A stretch of DNA of 64,000 nt from Balanoglossus misakiensis (Eukaryota > Animalia > Hemichordata), in contig CM082584.2 in assembly GCA_040954595.2 (NCBI GenBank), positions 13,633,337 to 13,697,336 of the forward strand, in the 5' to 3' direction. Under the pieces are notes generated by a model that was not told where the DNA came from, ran no database searches, and was given only the letters and a program-made list of their open reading frames with translations. The position numbers and the translations under genes were made by a program. Of the stretch, positions 46,434 through 59,964 are shown piece after piece (positions within the stretch are counted from its first letter, which is position 1; each line of letters starts with the position of its first letter).

Positions 46434-46550
46434 AGAATTTTTACCTGTTTGTCTAAATTATAATGGACCAGTATTTTTTGTACTATTTTTTTTACTTTGT
46501 ATTTATTTTAAGATCATGTAACATGAGTCCAGTTTTGTTTCCATTTGTTA

Positions 46551-49012
46551 CTATGAGTGAGGTGGTTGATATCGATTGACAAGATATTTTGAGAATGATT
46601 TCACTTTGTCAACTCCTCTGACTTCTGATTCAAGTAGTGGTAGTTTAGTGATGTGAAAATCTTCATATAAATCTTCAATCTGTAAAGATAACAAAAGAGA
46701 TAAGCGAATGATTAAGTATTGATTGCAATTTTACACATAATGCAATTCAATTCAATGAATGTGACCCCTTAGCACGCAGAAGAAAATGCAGACAGTATAC
46801 AGCTTACCTGGTCCAAGTATTTTGACTGGAGTTTAAATCTCGCCATACACATTTTACAAGGATTCGGCGCCTTGGTATTTGGGTATAAAAGTTGATTGAC
46901 TATAATATTGTGTGTGTCAATATTGCATTTGGTCAGTTCCTGTACAAGTCTCTCTGTTTCATACAAAGACAAAAATTCAGCTATGCAAACACATATAAAT
47001 GTTGTCTGGTCCTGGAAATAGACAAAAAGAGATTCTATATAAGTATACATTCATAAATAATCAAGAGTTCATTGTTGAATCAATGATTGTTGCTTCATGA
47101 AAAGTTCCAGACATTTAGACTGCTGGGCAAGTTGAGAAAAGGATTGTCAGCCAACATTTGTGGTTGCAACATGTGTATGTCTTCAACTGTTAACACAAAA
47201 TAATATTCAGAAACTTGGAACATGAATTTTACTTACAGGGTCCCTGAATTGTTCATTGACTTGTCTAATGACTGGTAGCGATTCTTCTATTCTACCTGTC
47301 ATTTGGTCAGCACTCATATCCCCCAAACCCAATAAACCTGCCATCTGAAAGGTGAAGCAATACACTACAGATGAAGCTTGGAACAATGAACTTGAATTTT
47401 ATGTTACACAGTACACTTCATACAATTCTTGATGTTTTATAGCAGTAGGGCTCTGACGATGTAATGGGCGTGTTACAGATCAGTCCAATATAAGTATGCC
47501 ATAGAGGGCGCACTCCACGGCAATTACTGATCTTTTCCAGCAGGGACACAGCCAGGATTGGCCTTTACATAAATCACTCAACAGGACTGCAATAGCAATG
47601 GAGTTTTATTAACATAGACTTATCCAAAATCAGCACTGTAGAGAATACCTTTTCAAGCCAAGAACAAAATATGTACATTGGAAGGGTTTACTTCAACCAC
47701 AAGGTAAGAAACCATTCCAAAAGTACACGTTTGTAGTGACTGTGTGGATATTGCAATGAGTATCTCACCTGTGTTATAAATGGGTTCAGTTGTGATTTTA
47801 GTCGTAGTAATTTACCAAGACCCTTCTCTACAACGGCTGGGAATGAGAGTAATCGGAGAGTGTGTCCTGTTGGAGCTGTGTCGAATACCACTACTGAGAA
47901 ATTCATACTCTTGACCAACCTGCAAATGCAAACAAAATATGAAATGAAGAAAGATAATTTGAGAAATAAAGAGGCAAACACTGGTACCTGTGTGGTAGGT
48001 AGATGTGCTCCTTGCCCAACAGGGGTGTTGTCTCCAGTCCATTACACAAGGAAATACCCAAAACTCACCTCATAACCTCAGCATAGCTCATGGCTTCATC
48101 TACACCAGGAAATGCACCCATGACTTCATGAAACATGGCTTTTCCAACATTCATGGGATCTGCCAATGACAATGTCAGAGAACTTTACTGGAAGACATTG
48201 ACCAAGACTGAATGATTATTTGGTAAGAGTTAAAGTGAAAAGGTGTGTAAACACTGCACCATTTACATGGCAATCAAGATTCGTAATTAAGGAATCAATC
48301 CTGAAAACTGAACAGAAATAAATTAATGTGTTTATTTGTTTGTAATATCTTTCATAAACTCATAATCCTTACCTTGTTCACCGAAGAAATCATCTGGAAG
48401 CTCTGACAAACCAAGATTCGGATCTATTTCCATTGCGTAGAGATTGTTGAACCCTCTGACTTGGGTGGGAACTTTGGAAAATTTCTGATCAAATGCATCA
48501 GATATGTTGTGAGCTGGGTCTGTTGAAATGATCAGCACACTCTCCCTTACTGCAGACAGTTGGATTGCCAAACTGCAACTGTATAATGAAACATGACAGG
48601 GTTCATTTCGGGTCATTGCTAGGTTATGTTCACTATGAAGACAGTTGTGTGGTGCTCCCGCTATGGGTGAAAATCTTATGTGGGTAACAACTACAACTAA
48701 TATCTGTTCTCCCTGTGTAGGTTATCCAGTTCTAGCCATACGATATTGGGCACTTTTGCTACATTAATGTATGATTATAATTAAACTGATGATGTGTACA
48801 TTCTGTGTTCTGCGATGTGTCAATGTGTTCGATGTGGATGTGGTATCGGTCTTATTTGGGCAAAGAAATACTAACCTACAAGTAGTTTTACCAACGCCTC
48901 CCTTGCCTCCAACAAATACCCATTTCAGTGATGTCTGGTCCAGTACATTTTTAACAGTTTGTTCAAGAGGATCGAACGAGTCTTCTGCGTTTGAAGCCAT
49001 GGAGGCTGCCAT
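46551..49012 (-). CDS. GET3: ATPase GET3 (ASNA1/TRC40), tail-anchored protein insertion factor
   Basis: ATG 49012 (second ATG 49000). Motifs: [16 protein letters not shown] (P-loop), [79 protein letters not shown] at 46553-46551 and minus-strand AATAAA at 46507-46502. Confidence 0.97.
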
Positions 49013-49344
49013 TTTGGATTGCAGGTATCGCGAGATAACATACGTGAACATCTGAGAATACATACTCGATCAACAAAATGTCAACTCGAACTATCAGGAA
49101 GTGGGATTAAATCATTGATAACTACTTGGAACCTATTCATTATACTGAGTTCATTAATGAAAACCAAAGAGTATGCAGAAAAATTATTAATTCCGTAATT
49201 ATTTACATATTTCTATGCATACGTTTTGACTTGGAAAAAATAGTTGTACGAGGTTCTATCCGCGCATGCCTATTACGTAGCCGTACATGTATGTATGTAA
49301 AACTCTGGAGAGCGAAATAGTGGGAGCTGTCCTAGGTTATCGTG
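49013..49344. promoter_or_regulatory. Bidirectional promoter GET3/HECTD3
   Basis: Only 332 bp separate the divergent ATGs. BANP-type motif TATCGCGAGA at 49026-49035, NRF1-like CGCGCATGC at about 49261, and a YY1 motif over the GET3 ATG. Confidence 0.7.
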
Positions 49345-52300
49345 ATGAGTAGTCAAGTTCAAGACCTACCGACGAGCAGACTTGCAAGAATAAGGTGTCT
49401 TCAAGAAAGTATAATATGCTTTAGAGATCACAAGCCATTGCCGGAAGGTCTCTGTTATGTCCCCGCCGAGTTAGTGTACAAACCAAACAGTACTAGTGGC
49501 ACCAGCAAGCTCGTAGCCTACACGCAGCCAAGTAAAAATAGTAAGAAATGCGGCGAAATCATCTTGAAAGATGGTGTGAAAATTTACGCTAGTGGCGAAG
49601 AACTGTGCAACAATCAAGGACAATGGCTGAAACTCACCAAGGTACCTAAGACACGAGCTAGTGTCAATTATTGTAAAACCGAAAGTTGCTAATCTTGCAG
49701 TTTAACTTCCTGGTTCCACAAACATTGACGTTCGTGTTGAATGATTTATTTGCAAATCTTGGCTTGACATGACCCGCCCACGTTTATGAACATCACATGG
49801 ATGCTTGGGATATTTTTCGAATATACAATACAGGATCTGTATAATATCTGAGTTATGTTTTATTCCGATGTGATTCTACTCGTATTACACAGACAGTGTA
49901 GTATATGATAGGCCAATAACATTTGTGAAACAGTTGCATAGCTTACTTTTATTGTTTGTGATCTTGCCTAGCCTCTGGTGGTATCACAGCTGTTATAACG
50001 ATCTGATCACGAGGGAAGGTGCAATGTAATATACTAGGTGTACATACAAGATTTAACCAACGAAAGTGAATCCTTATGTGAAATTTCAACAGCTACAAAT
50101 ATACTTTTCTGTTAAAGGTCACGAGAGGACACGATGATCAAGTGACATACGAGGTTGTATTGAACAGAACATTTACTGTTGTCTTCTATATCCCTTAATT
50201 TAATGATGATTTATTTTTGTCTGATATGCCACAGAAATCCCTTGATCTCCATTTCAATGGGTGTAATGTATCCGAAGGTTGGGTGTTATTGTTTGATATC
50301 AAAGCCAGTAATGAAGATGAGGCAGCACTTGCACCATGTGAAGAAACGCCACAAAACTTCGTACACATGAGGATGTTTGGAGCTAAACCCAAACTTATTA
50401 CCAGGTACTTTAATATTCTTTTGAGGGGTGAAGTTGCTTATCGGTGACACATTATTTGTCTTGTATGAATAAACTGCTATTTCGGGTGTTCTACATACCA
50501 TTATACATTTGACATAATAGTCAATAGAATAGAGAAGAGTCTGCAGTGTTAATATTTCTACTAAAAGTGGATTCATATTTTTATGGGAAATGCTTCAAAA
50601 TAGTTATCTTGGTGTAATGTTTATCTCCAAAGTCCCCATCTTCAGATAGGAAAATCACAGCTATATAATTAGCACTTGTTTTTTTCAGTTGGGAAAGTGT
50701 GATTGAACAGAAATATTCACTGCAGTTGAAGAGAAACTACAGGATAGGCGACTGTGACGTGGAAGCAATGAATAAATTACAAACACCACCTGCCAATTGG
50801 ACCATAGAATATGACGAAGAGCTAGCCAAGTTTTTGTGTGAACACCTGCAACAGAGTGGAGAGAATCTGGGAAGTGTTAGTCTGTATGTGGAATCTGTGG
50901 ATGTCTCATCAATGTGTGTAAGTATAGGTGTAGTTCTGTCCTTGAGTGACATAATTAGGTTTCATTTTCATTTTGCATTGTCACTGTACACTGGTATCTA
51001 AATACATGTATGAGCAATGTGCAGCAACTCAGAATGGACTTCAAAACCAATTATGTTGTTTCTTGTGTAAAGTTTGACTTGTACGTAAACTTATGCCATG
51101 GTTTAGTAACTATGGTAACAAGAGTGTATGATGTGCCAAGGAGACCACCGGTCAAATGACTCAGGACCCAAATATAATTTACTATATTTACCATTAATAG
51201 AATAAGTGTTGGGTTTATAGCACCTCATTGGAATGTGAAGTATTGTAAAGAGACCACTGTCAGAATTCCGAAAGTTTAGCATATCAAACAATCCACATTG
51301 TACAGCCACTTAAGTTTCTATGCTGAAATGTTCAACAGGTCAGCTATAAAACACTATTATCTCTCATAAGATACCCAGCTGTATCTTCAGCACTGAGATT
51401 TAAATCAATTTTCTTCCTCCTATGGTAAGGTGTTGACAACGTGAAATTTCATTGTCTTACTCTTACTATACACGCCAGTTTTGGGTATTTTCTCCCATAT
51501 TGCATTTTTAGAGGTTCCAAAAATATGGTAAGTGTGAAATAACCATGTCTTTTTTTGTAGGATGAAGAAAATGCAGCATGTCTGACTGATGGTGATGTAA
51601 ACACTTACTGGGAAAGTGATGGTAGCCAGGGACAGCATTGGATTAGGATTCAGATGAAGAGAGGAACGGTTGTCAAGTATGTCTTATTCCTACAACTGTT
51701 TTCCAGTGTAGATTTCGGGATAGTTGATGTCTTTCCTGAGCAACAATGGTTGATAAATATCGAAATGTGAAGTTGAAATAATTGCAATTGTTGTTTTTTC
51801 CCCAGAAAACTTTTCATCACGGTGGACTCAGAAGACGACAACTATATGCCAAGTCGTGTGGTGGTAATGGGTGGTGAAACAGACAATCTAAGAAAATTAA
51901 ATGATGTAAGGTTGGATCTGTAAGTATCACTAATAATCAACTTTCATTAAATCTTGTTGGCGGTTCAGGATTATGGAAACTTTTGTTCCCTCTTGAGAAA
52001 TCTGAAGTGGAAACATAGTGACCAACTGTTTTTAATATTCTGTAAGTCCTTATGAATTATGTTGAGCCATAATTATGTCACTTTGTTTTGTTTCAGATTG
52101 TTTTCTGGTGATGTCTGTATCTTGGAAGATATGACAGAACATTACCCGGTCATTGAGATCAGGATAAAAGAATGCAAAGGTGAACAGTGCTAAGTGTCTC
52201 TCTGCAAAGCAAACTATCAAGTCAGTGAGATACATGGAAAATAAACATTGTTGGTAGTGTAGGCCTCAAACAATCCAGTCATTCTACATGATACCATTAC

Positions 52301-55300
52301 ATGCATTCCATGCTAATGTCTGAACTGTTAGTGAGTTTACATGAATGTTGGGAAAATTCTTTTTCAGATGATGGTGTAGATACTAGAATACACGGAATTA
52401 AAATTAAATCCTCCAAAGAAAAGGATCTAGGATTGAGCCGAGATCTGTTTGCGTCTAGTAACTTAGTTAGGTGGGTATTGACATAGCTACTATGAGCAAT
52501 GCCAGAAGATGTCATGACCTCAGTGTTTTCAGTGGCATGTGTTGACCTGTATGTGGGGAAATGAGATTGCAGGGGTGATGTCAACGACTAGGTGAATTGG
52601 GGGCACCAAATACATCCTACACGAATCCTGTATTGTTTGTGCTACTGCAATGAAAATGCTGCCTAAAACTGTTTTAATTTTGTCAGACAGTGCCACACTG
52701 TTTTGAACAAGGGTTTATAATACATAATTACCTGTTTCCCTTACAGATATCCAAAATTAGAATTAATAGAAACTGATGTCTTATACCGGAGAGCATTAGC
52801 ACTTCACAGGTAAGGAAATTAATTTTGTAGTGGAGTTGTGTACTGTATTTTCAATTCTTATTAGTTCTGCAGTTGTAATGACAATTATCCATTTTTTGTT
52901 TGTTTACAGATTTATAAAGTTAGTTGACAGTGTCATCGAATACATCGTACCAGCATGGGAATTTTCAATAGGATCATTCAGTACATTAGAAGTAGTCCGA
53001 CAACTTTTGCCATTGTCAAAGAAAAGGGTGCCACTCATTGAAACCTTCCTCAGGGAATCAGAAACCAGGTAAAAAGGAACACTCATCTTCCTAATAGGAA
53101 AAGGTTGATTTGACACATTTTGCCTTCAAAACCTTCATGAATTGCACTGCGTGATTTTAAAGTTTGTATTCTGTTTTACACTTGTAGTAAACCATCTCGT
53201 ATGCCAAAACTGTACATCAACAGAAGAACAGCAGCTGAACACAAATCAAATCCTTCCCTTGATATCGATTGTAAAAATGCCATATTTACACAGGTAATGA
53301 AAACTGCATGAAGATATTATATTTTGCATTTAGTAGTATTGTCTTATGATACTTGTACCACCATGATGGACATTGCTAAATTTAAATGTATGAAGTTCGT
53401 TACATTTTAGCTGTTTGACATTAATTACATCAGATTTCAGCTGTTGGGTTATGTTGCCTTGAATATTAAGAATAAAACAAACTCTTCACAGACACGTAGA
53501 AATATAGTGATTCATGAGTGAATTCTATTGATGCTCTCACCTCAGATTTACGAAGGCTTGAAGCCCAATGAGAAATATGAAAAAGCCCTGGATTTCAGGT
53601 GGCCACAGAGATATGACCAGTGGTGGGAATGTAAATTTCTGTCAGAAGGAATCATTGATCAAGGTAAGTTGAGGGGGTTTTCTAATCACATTCAGCTAAT
53701 CCATTTTATAACAAATTTACATGTACCACCAAGCTCTGAATTTTGTTGGATGATTTTGAAAATGTCACTACATGTACATTGTAATTTATCTTTGATGCTC
53801 TGACCCCGAATTCATATATGCATTGTTGTGGATGTTTTCCCTCAGGTGGAGGATTCCGTGACAGCTTGTCTGACATGTCTGATGAATTGTGTCCAACAGA
53901 CAGTGAAAGTCCTATCCCGTTGCCATTCTTCATCAGGTCACCCAATCAGGTAAGAGATACAAGGTCACATGATGCAACACAAGGCACTGCATCTTTTGTG
54001 TCCCATAAAGCAGAGTCACTTCATTTGAAAGCCCTGTCAGGCAGAACAGGTGTCTAACATTATTTTAGATATCGGAGCAATTCATCATTTATGTATTCCA
54101 TGTGTGATACATTGATGTTGCAGCTGTTTTGTGCAACGTTTGAGAAATATCTTGTGTGTATTTTATTTTCCAGACTCAAGATAATTCGAACATCAACCGT
54201 GACAACTACATACCCAACCCTTCATGTAAAGAGTTTGCCAAATACGAATGGATTGGTCAGCTAATGGGAGGTTGTCTTAGAAGTAAAGAACACCTGGTAA
54301 GTACTTCCTGATTGGGCATCTGGACTGGTTATTCTGCTAATAGTAAGTTTTGTCAAAGCATAGAACAGCTGGTCATTGTTGTGTATTATAGCGTATCAAT
54401 GTGAAAAATGCATTGAGTTAATATATTACTTCACAAAAAAGTATCGAACTTGAAATGGTAGATGAGAGAGGTGAACAGCAATTCTTTCTCCTGTAGATAG
54501 TGGGTTTTATAATACATAATAAAACATGATTATTTTCTCAGGTCCTTGCATTGCCATCATTTGTATGGAAACAGCTAGCTGGAGAGAGAGTGTCCTGGTC
54601 AAGAGACTTCATCACAGTGGATGCTGCTGAGGTAGGAGATCATTTGTGTCTTTAGTTTCATTTCTTTGTTGCATAGAATTTATGCATTAGGTCCTTACTC
54701 TTTCAGTAAGCCATACATTATTGTACTTTCCAAGTTGTGTGTTACACTGTGACTTCCACTGTCATCACCTTGACATTGGCAAGTTACAGTCTCCATGATA
54801 CAGTGTAAGTCCCAACACACTCAACCCTTAATATTAAAAAGTCGAGCTCTGTTTAAAAAAATTCTATTCTAGGTGAAGTGGTTTTATACCCATGTGTGCC
54901 TTTATTTTCTGACAGGTGAAGTTGATTGAAACTATTGAAAGTATGGACAGAGAGACATTCGAAGCCAACTTTGCTGGAGAACTGACATACACGGCTGTAA
55001 TGAGTGATCACAACATCGTTACACTGAAACCATCTGGTGCAGATACCAACGTGCAATATGATGATAGATTGGAGTATTGCAAAGCAGTGCAGCCAATCAG
55101 GATGAAAGAAAGCAAACTACAGGTGAGAGAAATTGTGTTAGTTGATGTTCCTGCCAGCCTGTTAGTTCCATACTGTAACTTTTGATTATTGATTTCCCAT
55201 TCGTGATTTGTTCGCACACAGACTGATTCTATCAGAAGGGGTTTGTTGAAAGTGATACCACAGGCAGTGTTAGATCTCCTCACTTGGCAAGAGTTAGAGA

Positions 55301-56584
55301 AGAGGATATGTGGTGATCCAGAAATTACAGTGGAATCCCTGAAGAAAACAAGTGAGTCTTGAAGTTTGATTTTCTACAGCTACATGTATACAAATACAAT
55401 CTTGTTTGTATTGTATTGGCTGGAAAATTATATTGCTTTGTTCTAGTTAAAAAGATTCTTCATTGGATACATGTGGTGTCATAAATAGAATCTCTTACAC
55501 ATGTTTCATAGTGGTTTCTATCATCGTCCTCTCACTTTTTCTGCTGGTACCATGTCCTGATAAATCCATGTTCTCTTACAGCCTACTATGAAGACTTGGA
55601 ACAAAGTGATACAAGAGTCAAGTATCTCTGGGAAGCCATGACTAATTTCACAAATGGTACGTATGCAGTATTGGACATAAACTTGAGCAGATATTGAATT
55701 CTTCCTTGCTCAATAGACAATAATATACCATGGCAAACTCAAAATGTTTGGATGTACATGTGTAGTGGTATTGAGAAGAGTATAAAATATTAGGCTTTCA
55801 GGGAAGTTTAGTGAACTGAAAAATTGCATTATTTATACATGTACTATGTAATAATGAGAGATGCTTCTGTGTTTATGTCAACAGAGGATAGAAGTCGTTT
55901 TCTGAGGTTTGTCACTGGCAGACGAAGACTACCAGCTCCGCTTTACGTTTGCCCAGACAAGAGGTAAGAAGTTCTGTGACTGCCTTGTGAGAACTTCCAG
56001 GAGAGTGTTGTTCAAATGCTTGGATCTTGGCTAGTCTGTATAGGAATTTACTCAAATGTGTTTGTCATATGGGCCGTGCACATATGTTCAGCTGTTGACA
56101 ATAGTACAGACTGTATATGGGATGCCGTCTGCCACACTTTTCAAAGCAGACATTCCTATCACTCTCTGCATGTAATAAATTCAAAACACAGACTCATATT
56201 GAAGCTGAAAAAACTGAAATAAATCACATCACTTCTAATTCTTGTCCACCAGGTCAGACTCAGCAGATGCTTTGCCAGAATCTTCCACCTGTTCCAGTAC
56301 TTTGTTTCTTCCAAATTACTCCAGGTAAGATGACCTTTGAACCTGTTTTGCAAGGCATCATTAAAAGCACTTTGCCTGACCCCAGAGCACAGGATTTTCT
56401 GTTAACGGAATCTGTTTCTATTTGCTCTCCACTGTATCTGTACTAACCATTAGTTGAACATAACATGACACCAAGCTGTCTTCTGTTTTTAATTTCCAGT
56501 GCAAGGATTGCAGAAGAAAAGCTGCGGTATGCGGCCTACAACTGTGTTGCCATAGATACAGACATGAGTCCATGGGATGAGTAG
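49345..56584 (+). CDS. HECTD3: E3 ubiquitin-protein ligase HECTD3 (DOC domain plus HECT)
   Basis: About 21 exons. Motifs: [30 protein letters not shown] domain [15 protein letters not shown] and [30 protein letters not shown]|[47 protein letters not shown], and C-terminal [18 protein letters not shown]. Confidence 0.95.
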
Positions 56585-59464
56585 TGATACAGGCTTTAGG
56601 TGTCTACGCAAAATACACACCTGACTATATTTACATGAGTCCGTCACGCATTTAGAAACATGGCAGATTTGTAAAATATGTGAAATATTTTTTTATATTT
56701 CTGTTTTTTGTGATTTCTTTTTTATAGTAGGGGATCATAAAATGGTCTGACATATAAACCAGGGAAAAATTACATGATTGGACTGCTGTTTGTATCAGTT
56801 CAATAACCTCAATCAAAATAGTCTTGTTTTATATTGTTCATATCATAACATGATGAGAGTCATATTTTCAAACAATTTTTAATTTTCAATGCATGGTTAA
56901 TTGTGTAAAAATACCTTTAATGTTTCTTTTGAAGGTTTAACCGTTCTTAAAAATATTAGTTATTTTGAGTAAAAATGAAGTTATTCCTATAATAATGATA
57001 TTCTCACTATCAGGATATGGGATATGAACGACAAACTTATTTAAATTTGGGTGATTTATTTTAAATCTTAGAAGATTCTAAATGATCCAGAATCTTGCCA
57101 AGCATGCTTTGCATGAGACTTTCCCTTCTACTTCTAGTGTGTTTAAAAATTGTCTTAATTCTTTTGTCTGCATTATCAGATTGACCAGGAGCACTCTTCT
57201 TATGAGACAACGCCATTAATACGGTCTACAACAATTGATACTGGTTAAAAACTCGTCATGTGATCTATTGCATACTGATCAATACATCTCAGTTTTTGTG
57301 TTTGGAAATGAAGCGTTTCACACCTATGGATGGAAATTTATCATGGCTTGCAAGTCTTTTTACGAAAGGGCTCGATAGTCACAGCTTTAAAATAGTTGAC
57401 TTTAGATTGTGAATTGATTTTATAAATATAGTTTTGGATTCAATATGTACAGTGTACTCCCAAGGACTTTTGGTAGTGACTAATTTACATTACAGTGAAA
57501 GTAACTGTCATGTAAATGAGTTGCTGTCGATTTCCAAAAATTAAGGAATAATAGTGACATTATACTTTCACTGTTCTGGGGAGTACAGTGTACACTGCCA
57601 TACAGTTTAACAAGATAGCTTTAATTTTTAGAATATGGGAAACTACAAAAATCATGTCTTGTTGAATGAGTTTACCACTCTGAGGATAGTAGGTGGTATG
57701 ATAAAACTTGATAAATTTTATACACAATGTACATATATCTGGTGTTTTTGAAGTGGAAAACAATGCATATCCACTTCTGACATAAGAGATAGAAGTAACA
57801 AATACATCAAATACATAAACCAGAATTGATTGCTTGTGGAATCCTTTGTAATTCCAGTGCCCAGAGTGTAGTTCTGTCATGAAGCGAGTTCTGTGTGGAG
57901 TACAGAAAATGTACTAGTATTTTATGACCTCTGAACGCTGACAAATCAATGCCTGACTCAGAGGGCGCTGATGCAGACATGACAAAGTACAAAATCGAAT
58001 TCAAGACTAAACTACATGTACCATGTTACCAGGCTTAATGTCAGAGAGAAAAATAAACACCAACCAATCAGCAACTGAGTTACATAAAAATCATCCTATC
58101 AGCTTTACTGTTTTCAAATACTATTCAGATTCTTGTTAATTGTACAAAATATGTTATGCAGATTTTGTAAGATGACTTAGTGTTTTACTAGTGTGTTTGT
58201 AAACTACATTATATCTTGAGATAGATGCCTCATTTACCAGTAATTTGAAGCCAGAAACCAACTCAAAAATCTTCACGTGTTCTAGATATTGCCCAGTGCC
58301 ATACCTACATGTGATGAATGTAAATATGTCACTGAAGTTTTTTTTACATGTTTACCGTCAAGTCCATAATTTAATGTCATATTGATGTTCCCAGTACTGT
58401 TACCATGTTCAAGACATAATTGGCATGTGTCAAAAATGCAAAATAGAAAACTTGTTATATTAAAACTGCTTGAATTGAAGAATTTGCTACTGGGATCTTC
58501 AAACCAGTATGTCACCACAAATTCTTTTCCGTATAAAACTTGTATTACATTTTATACATTGTAAAGATATCCAATCTTTTGCATGCACTGGGTTGAAGCC
58601 TTCAAATATGTTTTTCAGATGCCATTTGACATCAATGGCCTGTGCTTGTAATATCAGGTGTTATTTCAGATAAACTCAGCTCTCCAGTTTACACCATGAA
58701 TTTATTCTGCATGAGCCGTTTTTGTAATACAGGTGATATTTGATATTTTACTCCAGCAATGATTTTATTTGGACCCAACAACTGCCTACAAGTTCTGTCA
58801 AGTCAGGAACTATTTCACATAACAGCTTTCTTAAGTGATATAAAAGATGGTATGTTCTCCTGTTAGTACATGTATTCCAAAGCACAAGATGGTGTCTAAT
58901 ATATGTTCATGCACATGTGTGGATTCCATTTTGTTCTTGAAATACTGAACTGAAATCTAGCCATAGAGACAAGTGTTGAAGATTCAAGATTGACAAGGAA
59001 GTAAATAGCAACATTCAATTTTTAAAACACAAAATAACTGCTACATGTGTTATTTTTGTAAGTTATTTTATATTGTATACCAAGCTATAATGGCTTGCTT
59101 GATGTTGTGTTTTTTCTGGGTTGGCGTCATGTACTTATGATGCATAGTTATTGTATATATGTAATGTAATTAATATTAACCAAAAATCATTTGAATGGTT
59201 CTAATGGCAATAAAAAACATTTAAAACACGCGCAACGAAAAGGAAACCACATATGTTCGACATAAGAGGTCATTGCCAAATATTAGCATTTATACCAGAC
59301 CAAGGTCACATTCCTACATGTAGTATGATCCATTACAAGTTAATGTATGCGAAAACATACATGCTCGGCTTATAGAAATCAACCACAACATATATTTGCA
59401 AGTGATCTTTCAATGCAGACTGCCCTACATAATAGTACATGTAGTATAGTAGACTTTACTGTAT

Positions 59465-59504
59465 GCCAGATCATAGACCCTTTCTCTAGGGTCTATGGCC
59501 AGAT
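59465..59504. mobile_element. Minimal 26-bp TIR element (CATAGACCCT..AGGGTCTATG) with a 7-bp direct repeat GCCAGAT
   Basis: gccagat|CATAGACCCT ttctct AGGGTCTATG|gccagat: perfect 10-bp terminal inverted repeats (59472-59481, 59488-59497) and identical 7-bp flanks. Confidence 0.7.
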
Positions 59505-59964
59505 CCTACCCAAGGATTGATGCATGCAATGTAGGTTGTACATTCATTGTGTGTCGTTCCTTTGAAATTCCACCGGACCCATTCAAATTACCATTCTGTT
59601 CAACAAAGCGTAACTCACCTTTCAACCCTAAACTGAAAAGGAAAGCTTTCCACAAACAATGACCAGTGGAAAAACAAACCCTAGTTGGCTATTCACTGTA
59701 GTCGCTTCAATAGTACGTTCACCATGAATTATTACCCCTGTAAACGACTAGTTTCAACGCAGCTCTGAGCAACAACACCGACGTCGAAACTGTCCGTCTT
59801 TTTTTTCTATCGCATTCTTCACCTTTGTCTGCGTGGTGGGAAAACTTGCTTCTGTTCAATTTTACCCTTTAGAATCGTCAAATCGCACAGGTGCCTTCTG
59901 CCTTTCCGTCATTTCAAACCAATAAGCAAAACCAACGGAACTATTTGGCGACCAGAATTGAGCC

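Noticed and set aside
56585-59220. Several short ORFs downstream of HECTD3
   Set aside because: AT-rich, CpG-poor sequence ending in AATAAA (about 59208), best explained as a long HECTD3 3'UTR.
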